Shown here in pieces: positions 57,326-64,000 of a stretch of 64,000 nt of DNA; the stretch's first letter is position 1; each line of letters begins with the position of its first letter. A program made the position numbers and the translations under genes. The DNA is from Candidatus Omnitrophota bacterium (GTDB lineage: Bacteria > Omnitrophota > Gorgyraeia > Gygaellales > JAMWDD01): contig JAQUNK010000001.1 in assembly GCA_028717645.1 (NCBI GenBank), forward strand, positions 4,184-68,183. The letters run 5' to 3'. A model generated the notes under the pieces. It saw nothing but the letters and a program-made list of their open reading frames with translations, searched no databases and had not been told where the DNA came from.

Positions 57326-58566
57326 TGAATATGAGAATTATACCGCGAAAAACAGTTAATGTATCTTTGGAGGAATTCAGGGCCGCAGTAAACGCATTGG
57401 CCAAAAATCAATGCGTAACCGGTCCGCAAATAGAGTTATTCGAGAAGCAATTTGCCGGTTATATAAATGCCAAGTATGCCATAGCTGTTTCTTCAGCGCG
57501 ATTGGGGATCTGGGCGATATTTAAAGCCCTGGGTTATTCCGCAGGAGATGAGGTCATAGTTTCTTCATTTAATTTTTCAGTTATCCCGGATCTGTTGAGA
57601 TCCATGGGGCTTAATCCCGTATTCGTTGACATAGACCCGGATACTTACAATATAAATGTAGCGGGCATAGAGAAAAAAATCAGCCCAAAGACAAAGTACA
57701 TATTGATAACCCATATGTACGGCCAGCCTTGCGATCTGGCCCCTATTCTTGATATTGCAAAAAAATACAACCTGAAAGTAATCGAAGACTGCGCTCATGC
57801 GTGTGGTTCGGAATACAAGAGCAAGAAAGTCGGTTCTTTCGGGGATGCGGCCTGTTTCAGTTTCGGCATAGGCAAGGCCATGGTTACTTTTGGCGGAGGT
57901 ATGGTTACCGTCAATAGCCAGGAATTATATAATAGTATAAAAGATATAGTTGCAGGTTCCAGGATGTTGTCCGGAAGCGAAGCGGTTAAGAAAATATTTT
58001 TGGGCTTCATTCTGGCGTATTCGACTAAAAAATTCGCTACGTACTTACTTTATCCTTTGAATTTGATCACTGATATGTTAGGCCATGACCTTGAAGAACT
58101 CCTGGATAAAGCCTTTTTACACGAAGAAGATTTCTCAAACTATAAAGTAAAGTTTACGAATATTCAGGCATCGATAGGCATTGAGCAATTAAAGAAGATC
58201 GAGCGCTTAAACAGCATAAGAATAACGAATTCCGAGAATCTTACAAAGGGTTTATCCGTTTTTGGCGGCATAAAAGTCTTTAAAGTGCTGGATGAAGTTA
58301 AGCATACTTACTTATATTATCCGCTAAGAGTACCTGCTCCTAAAAAGTTAAAAAGGTTTTTGTTGAGAAAAGGTATCGATATAAAAATAAGCAGCCAGAA
58401 GAATTGTTCTTGCCTAGACCCTGGCCGCGAGCCTAAAGATGAATATGTATATGCAGATTCTGTCAGCAATAAGGTCATAGAATTACCGAATTCCTATAAT
58501 TTGAATAAGAAAGATATAGATTATATCATCAGGGCGATAGGCGATTTTTCCGTAAAAGAAAATTAG
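57322..58566 (+). CDS. DegT/DnrJ/EryC1/StrS-family PLP-dependent sugar aminotransferase
   Basis: FEKQFAGYINAKYAIAVSSARLG ... GDEVIVSSFNF, with the PLP-lysine region CFSFGIGKAM. Confidence 0.8.
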   Translation: MMNMRIIPRKTVNVSLEEFRAAVNALAKNQCVTGPQIELFEKQFAGYINAKYAIAVSSARLGIWAIFKALGYSAGDEVIVSSFNFSVIPDLLRSMGLNPVFVDIDPDTYNINVAGIEKKISPKTKYILITHMYGQPCDLAPILDIAKKYNLKVIEDCAHACGSEYKSKKVGSFGDAACFSFGIGKAMVTFGGGMVTVNSQELYNSIKDIVAGSRMLSGSEAVKKIFLGFILAYSTKKFATYLLYPLNLITDMLGHDLEELLDKAFLHEEDFSNYKVKFTNIQASIGIEQLKKIERLNSIRITNSENLTKGLSVFGGIKVFKVLDEVKHTYLYYPLRVPAPKKLKRFLLRKGIDIKISSQKNCSCLDPGREPKDEYVYADSVSNKVIELPNSYNLNKKDIDYIIRAIGDFSVKEN

Positions 58567-58591
58567 GCCCAGGCATAGCCGCCAGGTAAAT

Positions 58592-59980
58592 ATGAAAAAA
58601 ATACTGCTATTGAACCCTCCGGGGGAAAATTATTTCATAAGGGATTATTACTGCAGCCAGGTATCTAAGGGTGATTACTATTGGCCGCCCCTGGATCTAT
58701 TGGTTTTGAGCGGTTTATTCAGGGATAAATTTGAAGTGTGTGTCCTGGATGCGTTGGCGCAGAGGATAGATAAGGCCGGTGCATACAGTTTTATAAATAA
58801 AATAAACCCGGATTTTATAATTTGTTTGGCTGGTGCGGCATCCTGGGAGCAGGATATAGGGTTCCTTGGGGAATTGAAGAAAATAAACAGGGCCGCGGTT
58901 ATTTTGTCCGGAGATTATCCTTTGGCCTACCCGAAAGAAATAATCGAAAAGTATCCTTTTGTAGACGCTATCTTATTGGATTTTACTGACAGCGAAATAG
59001 AGCTTTTTATCCGCGGCGTGCGCAATGATTCATTGAAAAATATCTTTACCAGGTCTGATACGGCAGACCCAGAGCTTGTCAGCCGGGATAATTTTTCCAT
59101 TGCTGTCCCGCAGCACAGTCTTTTTACATCAAGGCTATATAACTTACCGCATATCTACTACCATCCTTTTGCTACTATAATGACCGACTTTGGTTGCCCT
59201 TATCACTGCACCTTTTGTTCATATGAGCGGATCAAGTATAAGATGCGCGATATGGGAAATATCGCTGAAGAAGTAGATTACATAATATCTTTGGGGATAA
59301 GGGAACTATGGCTCAGGGACCAGAGCTTTGGTTCTGCAAAAGACCACGCCTTTGATTTTTGCAGCCTATTAGAAAATAAGGGCAGAAAGTTCTCCTGGAG
59401 CTGCGAAATGCGCGTTGATGCCGTTAGCGAAGAACTTTTAAATAAGATGGCTGCATGCGGATGCCATACGATCATGTTAGGAGTAGAAACTGCCAGCCAA
59501 AAAGTATTAGATATGCATAAAAAAGGTATTACCCTGGAACAAACCAAAGCAGCTTTTAAAATCGCCAAAAAGGCCAAGGTCAGGACGCTGGCCCATTTCA
59601 TATTCGGCTTAAACGGAGAGAATTTATTGTCGCAGGAAAAACTTATAGATTTTTGTTTGTCTCTTGAGCCGGACTTTGCTTCTTTTAATGTAGCTAATCC
59701 TTTGTGGAACACGACATTCCGCGAAGAAGCTACGAGAAATAAATGGTTGCTGGGAGAGGGCGTAAGCGTAGACGCATCCTGTTCTTTTCCCGTCTGGGAA
59801 AATGATATATTAAAACGTTCCGATATCTGGTCCATGAGAAAGGCGGCCCTGCAAAGGTTTTATTTCAGGCCAGCTTATGTCTGGAGGCAGATGCGGGATG
59901 TAAAGACAGGGTATCAGCTGCGTACATTAATAAAAGAAGGCGCACACTTAACCAGGGATCTGATTTTTAAAAAACAATAA
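58592..59980 (+). CDS. Class-B (B12-binding domain) radical SAM protein
   Basis: N-terminal B12-binding-like domain. The cluster motif is MTDFGCPYHCTFC. Confidence 0.8.
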   Translation: MKKILLLNPPGENYFIRDYYCSQVSKGDYYWPPLDLLVLSGLFRDKFEVCVLDALAQRIDKAGAYSFINKINPDFIICLAGAASWEQDIGFLGELKKINRAAVILSGDYPLAYPKEIIEKYPFVDAILLDFTDSEIELFIRGVRNDSLKNIFTRSDTADPELVSRDNFSIAVPQHSLFTSRLYNLPHIYYHPFATIMTDFGCPYHCTFCSYERIKYKMRDMGNIAEEVDYIISLGIRELWLRDQSFGSAKDHAFDFCSLLENKGRKFSWSCEMRVDAVSEELLNKMAACGCHTIMLGVETASQKVLDMHKKGITLEQTKAAFKIAKKAKVRTLAHFIFGLNGENLLSQEKLIDFCLSLEPDFASFNVANPLWNTTFREEATRNKWLLGEGVSVDASCSFPVWENDILKRSDIWSMRKAALQRFYFRPAYVWRQMRDVKTGYQLRTLIKEGAHLTRDLIFKKQ

Positions 59981-59992
59981 TTCTATTTTTCG

Positions 59993-61330
59993 ATGAATAT
60001 ATTATTAATTAACCCCCAGTTTAAAAAGACCGAAAAAGCTTATCCTTTAGGGCTGGGGTACCTTTCTTCGGTGCTGAAAGAAAAAGGGCATACCGTCCGG
60101 GGGCTGGACCTTTCAATGGCCACTATCGAAGAAGCCGTTGGCCTTGTAAATAAAAATAATATAGGATTAGCCGGCATGTCCGTTATTTCTTCTAATTCAG
60201 GGCAGGTAATAAAGTTGATCGAGTATTTTAAGAGCAGATGCCCTATCCCGATAGTTGTGGGCGGCCCCCATGCAACTATAACCAGGGACGCATTTATGAA
60301 ATTAGCACCTTCAGACTTTCTCGTAGAAGGAGAAGGAGAATCAACTATTTTAGAATTGGCAGAAGCGATCGAAGCCGGTAAGGACGTAGCTGGTATCCGC
60401 GGGCTGGTTTGGAGAAAGGGAAGAGAAATCGTCACCAATGAAAATAGGCAGGAAGTCGAGAACCTTGATTCTTTGCCTTTCCCCGATAGAAAGGCCTTTC
60501 CTTTATTGGATTATAAGGGCATGGTTACCAGAGAAAGAAATTATACCCAGATAATTACAAGCAGGGGATGTCCGCATAGCTGCCTTTATTGTCCGGAATC
60601 GAGTTTATGGAAGTGCTGGAGAAGGCGTTCTCCTAGGAATGTAGTGGATGAGATGGAGCTTATTTTCAAAGAATATAATATTAGAGAATTTCATATCGAA
60701 GATGCGAATTTTTTCGGTAGAGATCCAGGCAGGATAAGGGCTATATGCAAAGAGATATTAGATAGAAATTTAAAAATATCATGGCAATGTACCAATGGCA
60801 TACCGCTTTTAGAATTGCAAGATAATATAGATATGTTAGATATCATGGCAGAAGCAGGCTGTTACAGCATATCTTTAGGCGTAGAATCATTCGATGAAAA
60901 AATACGTAATTCCATGAAGAGGCGGGGCGACCTCAAGGCGATCCCGGAGATCGTTAAGCAGTGCAAGAAAAATAGGATAGAGATCAATTGTTATCTTATT
61001 ATCGGGTTCCCGCAGCAGACGTTGAGCCAAGTTAAGAGGGATATTTTAATTTCACACGGTTTTAATTTTGATTTTACCCATTTTTCCATATTTCAGAATA
61101 TCGCCGGATCAAAAATAGAATATTTACGTAAAACGGACAATCTTAAAAATGGAGATACCGGTATTAACCGTTTTTTCATTAAAATAATACAAAGATTGGC
61201 ATATATTTCCCTGTGTTTAAATCCGGCGGTCATTATTTTTATTTTTAGGCGGTTATCGCATACGAAAAGGCCGGGGATTATTTTTAACAAAGCCTGTAGC
61301 TATATTTTCGGGGACCATCTCGCAAATTGA
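59993..61330 (+). CDS. Class-B (B12-binding domain) radical SAM protein
   Basis: IVVGGPHATITRDAF ... EGEGE, with cluster motif TSRGCPHSCLYC. Confidence 0.8.
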   Translation: MNILLINPQFKKTEKAYPLGLGYLSSVLKEKGHTVRGLDLSMATIEEAVGLVNKNNIGLAGMSVISSNSGQVIKLIEYFKSRCPIPIVVGGPHATITRDAFMKLAPSDFLVEGEGESTILELAEAIEAGKDVAGIRGLVWRKGREIVTNENRQEVENLDSLPFPDRKAFPLLDYKGMVTRERNYTQIITSRGCPHSCLYCPESSLWKCWRRRSPRNVVDEMELIFKEYNIREFHIEDANFFGRDPGRIRAICKEILDRNLKISWQCTNGIPLLELQDNIDMLDIMAEAGCYSISLGVESFDEKIRNSMKRRGDLKAIPEIVKQCKKNRIEINCYLIIGFPQQTLSQVKRDILISHGFNFDFTHFSIFQNIAGSKIEYLRKTDNLKNGDTGINRFFIKIIQRLAYISLCLNPAVIIFIFRRLSHTKRPGIIFNKACSYIFGDHLAN

Positions 61331-61351
61331 CGACAGTGCCTTAAGGGCCAT

Positions 61352-62530
61352 ATGAAGATCAAAATGAGAAGATTGCTAAGTAAGTTATCAAAGATAGTTG
61401 TTTTTATCTTTTTATTCAAATTCGTCTTAAGGATCATTCCCGCTTTTTCAGACCAGGCGCTCGAACCCAAGAAGGCTGGTCCGAACCTCATTGTAGTTAA
61501 GAACCCGCATTTTTTGCCAGAATCGGATCAGGCCAAGATCGTTTCTTCCAGTGTCTCTATAGTAAAGGGATTCGATCTGTATGCCATGACTAAACAGGCC
61601 ATAGATCTAATAGGGGGTATGAAAAAAATAGTCAAGCCGGGTAACAAGGTATTCATTAAACCTAATTATATAACCGGCGGGCTCGATGGCCACGACCCGG
61701 TTATCGCCGGCGAAATATCCCATCCAGAAGTCGTTGCTTCTGTGGCTGAAGAATGTATCAAGGCAGGGGCCAAAGAAGTAATAATCGGAGAATGGGTGGA
61801 ACGCCCTCCTAAGATAAATTTTGCCGGAAAGCGGAACAGGGAGGGGGCCCAGGTCAAGGGATTGGTAGACCGGTTAAATAAAAAATATGGGCACAAGGTT
61901 TATTTAATAAATCTTATGGATCATACCACTTATTTTAGATACGTTCCTTCCAGGACAAAATTAAAATTTTTGGCAATTCCTAATATAGTCGCCGAAGCAG
62001 ATGTGATTATTTCTATCCCCTCCCTGAAGACGCACCATAAGCCTTCGCCGGTAAGTTTAGGTATGAAAAATTTCATGGGCATAATGCCGTCCCTATTCTA
62101 CGGTGAGCCGCGATATAAACTCCATGAGGCAGGTGTGCACCAGGTGATCGTAGATATAAATAGAGCCCTGAAGCCGGACCTGGTTGTGGTGAGCGGTGCT
62201 TTCGGAATGGAAGGCAAGGGCGCTTCTTTATTTCTGGGAGGTAAGGCAGTGGATGTCAGCCAGCGCATAGGGGCATTTTTAGTCATTGCCGGGACTGACC
62301 CTGTAGCTACGGATGCTACGGCTACGCGCCTGATCACAAAAAACTGGGAACCGGTCCCGGATAATTTTAATTTGGGCACTCCCTGGTATGTCCATCATCT
62401 TCGGATGGCCTGTGAACAGGGCTTGGGACTTATTGATAAATCAAGAATAAATATAATGGGCGAGAAGCTGGAAGATCTACAGATGAATTGGGAAACCTCC
62501 AATGATGGCGTATATCCAGAGATACCTTAA
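61352..62530 (+). CDS. DUF362 domain protein with an N-terminal membrane anchor
   Basis: VFIKPNYITGG ... HPEVVASVAEECIKAGAKEVIIGE fits the DUF362 core. No ferredoxin-type Cys cluster is present. Confidence 0.6.
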   Translation: MKIKMRRLLSKLSKIVVFIFLFKFVLRIIPAFSDQALEPKKAGPNLIVVKNPHFLPESDQAKIVSSSVSIVKGFDLYAMTKQAIDLIGGMKKIVKPGNKVFIKPNYITGGLDGHDPVIAGEISHPEVVASVAEECIKAGAKEVIIGEWVERPPKINFAGKRNREGAQVKGLVDRLNKKYGHKVYLINLMDHTTYFRYVPSRTKLKFLAIPNIVAEADVIISIPSLKTHHKPSPVSLGMKNFMGIMPSLFYGEPRYKLHEAGVHQVIVDINRALKPDLVVVSGAFGMEGKGASLFLGGKAVDVSQRIGAFLVIAGTDPVATDATATRLITKNWEPVPDNFNLGTPWYVHHLRMACEQGLGLIDKSRINIMGEKLEDLQMNWETSNDGVYPEIP

Positions 62531-63437
62531 GGTATCAATAAGTGTTTTTTTATTTTCGATATTAATAAATAATAGCCAGGCGCTTTCATATGGCTTGATC
62601 GCCGATGCTTTGGCAGCTAAAGGGCAGTGGGTAAAGGGCGTTGTCGCCGATAGAAAAGCGGTTATAGCCAGGGAAAGCGGGGCAATATCAGAAATAGAAA
62701 TCCAGGTTCCCCGGCAGGGGCGCTACAATCTTCTTGTCTATGTCTATCATAATTGGAAGAAATTTTCACCCTGCATCTATGTAGAAGCAGTGGATTCTGA
62801 AGGTAAAAAGCATTTTGGTTCGCATAGGATCGAAAACTGCTGGTATCTAAAGGAGCCGGGCCAGGGCCGCTGGTTTATGGTTAGCTTAAGCGATAACCCG
62901 TGGTGGGTGCTGCCGAAAGGGAATTTGACTATCAGGTTCTGGGCCAAGGGCTGTGCCCTGGATGCCGGCAAGGGGACAGAAGTCCCTATGGAAGGGGATA
63001 TAGCAATAGAACGATTCTTTCTTGTTCCAGTGGTGGATGAGCTTGCCGTGAGCATAATTAATCCTGAATCAACATCCGGCGGCTGGGGATTCTCATATTA
63101 CGACAAAAATTACCAGACAGGATATATATTCACGGATAAGAAAAATTCATTGAATTCATATGCTATCAAAGTTCCTTTTTCCGGGTATTATCAGGTTTAT
63201 TTGTCACTTCTTTCTCTTGATCCGTCAGCCCTGGATATAGGGATAAGCAACGGCCGCATTGCCAAAAATGCCAGGGTCGTTGTAAAGCCTGAAAAAGAAT
63301 GGGGCCTGGTGGTTACGGAGCCTTTATTTTTAAATAAGGGAGAGTATACCCTGTCACTTAAAAATGTTGAAGCGAAACGTGTACTTTTAGATTATTTGTT
63401 ATTATTGCCGTTTATTGAAAAGAACTCGATAAAATGA
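62502..63437 (+). CDS. Secreted hypothetical protein built from two beta-rich repeats (possible carbohydrate-binding modules)
   Basis: Signal peptide followed by two roughly 140-aa halves with a similar alternating hydrophobic pattern (YNLLVYVYHNW ... NLTIRFWAKG and YYQVYLSLLSL ... EYTLSLKNVE). Confidence 0.4.
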   Translation: MMAYIQRYLKVSISVFLFSILINNSQALSYGLIADALAAKGQWVKGVVADRKAVIARESGAISEIEIQVPRQGRYNLLVYVYHNWKKFSPCIYVEAVDSEGKKHFGSHRIENCWYLKEPGQGRWFMVSLSDNPWWVLPKGNLTIRFWAKGCALDAGKGTEVPMEGDIAIERFFLVPVVDELAVSIINPESTSGGWGFSYYDKNYQTGYIFTDKKNSLNSYAIKVPFSGYYQVYLSLLSLDPSALDIGISNGRIAKNARVVVKPEKEWGLVVTEPLFLNKGEYTLSLKNVEAKRVLLDYLLLLPFIEKNSIK

Positions 63438-63476
63438 TGAAAGTTTTCCATAAAAATTTGGTCTATTTAAGAAAAA

Positions 63477-64000
63477 TGTTATTTCTTCTTTATATTTTTG
63501 CCTCCAGGGGTAGATTTATCGCAATTAGCATAAATCTGCTATATTTTGCCTTCCATAAGGCCCGGCCGCCGTTTATGCCATCGTTCATACAAATAGAGCC
63601 GACCAATATCTGCAATCTTTCGTGTTCTTTGTGCCCATGCGGCAACGGCCAGCTTACAAGGCCTAAGGGCAACATGCCGTTCCATACTTTTAAAAGTTTT
63701 CTGGATAAAAATCACGGCAACTTAGCCTTCATAGTATTTTACAATATGGGCGAACCCTTTCTTAACGAAGAGATCTTTAAGATGATCAATTATGCTGTTT
63801 CAAAAAAAATATTTGTTAAGATAAGTACAAACGGCCTGTTTAAAGACAAAGATACCGTTAAAAAAATTGTTGATTCAGGATTGGATGAGTTACTGATAAG
63901 CCTAGATTTTATAGACCGGGAAAGCTATAAATTATTCAAGGGAAAAGACAATTTCGATGAGGTTAAGTCTAATGTCTCCATGTTGTTAAAAGAGAGAGGC
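63477..64000 (+). CDS. Radical SAM protein, 5' portion. The gene continues past the window end.
   Basis: Open frame to the window edge with cluster motif EPTNICNLSCSLC (C-x3-C-x2-C) and YNMGEPFL (GGEP-like). Missing from the ORF track because no stop is reached. Confidence 0.7.

Noticed and set aside
63490-63675. 61-aa minus-strand ORF from the track
   Set aside because: It is antisense to the open plus-strand frame that encodes a clear radical SAM motif (CNLSCSLC) and runs to the window end.
1-64000. CRISPR arrays, tRNA/rRNA genes, transposases, integrases, phage genes
   Set aside because: There are no direct-repeat/spacer periodicity, no tRNA-like GGTTCGA T-arm in the few intergenic gaps, and no DDE or tyrosine-recombinase motifs among the translated ORFs. 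The window appears to be entirely chromosomal metabolic and glycan genes.

Overview
This is a 64 kb window of a low-GC bacterial chromosome, densely coding with about 63 CDS, many of them translationally coupled by ATGA-type overlaps. I found no rRNA, tRNA, CRISPR array, transposase or integrase. All calls rest on motif and family recognition from the translated ORFs, because no database search was possible. (1) Positions 1-11.7 kb hold the C-terminal fragment of a membrane protein, a single-repeat UPF0016/GDT1 membrane protein, a pstSCAB phosphate ABC transporter with no phoU, and a first lipid-linked glycan cluster. That cluster has a GT4 transferase, a WecA/MraY-like initiating phosphotransferase, a UDP-galactopyranose-mutase-like flavoenzyme, a Wzy_C/O-antigen-ligase-family membrane protein, a GT2 transferase, a secreted LmbE/PIG-L-type deacetylase, a GNAT acetyltransferase and a DUF167 protein. 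(2) Positions 11.9-18 kb are miscellaneous: RlpA with a clean rho-independent terminator, two small proteins, an alpha/beta hydrolase, an unannotated 51-aa ORF, a DmpG-like aldolase next to a KDPG aldolase, a beta-barrel outer-membrane protein, a YbgC-type thioesterase, dCTP deaminase and VanZ. (3) Positions 18-64 kb are the standout. A wHTH regulator, a Wzm permease and a 912-aa Wzt-like ATPase open an approximately 46 kb glycan locus that continues beyond the window. This locus contains 14 radical SAM enzymes: 9 class-B (B12-binding-domain) radical SAM proteins and 5 SPASM/twitch-type radical SAM proteins. They are interleaved with 3 GT2 and 2 GT4 glycosyltransferases, 2 GT-C-like membrane glycosyltransferases, a DPM1/ArnC-like polyprenol-phosphate sugar synthase, two further Glf-like flavoenzymes, an SDR epimerase/dehydratase, a DegT-family sugar aminotransferase, a SAM methyltransferase, a PEP-CTERM-subfamily polysaccharide deacetylase, paralogous polytopic membrane proteins and a DUF362 protein. 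I found no precursor-peptide ORFs. The radical SAM enzymes therefore look like sugar or glycan tailoring enzymes, for example C-methylation, epimerisation, deoxygenation or cross-linking, rather than RiPP maturases. A repeated beta-rich module in the Wzt C-terminal extension recurs at the N-terminus of the first B12-radical SAM protein.
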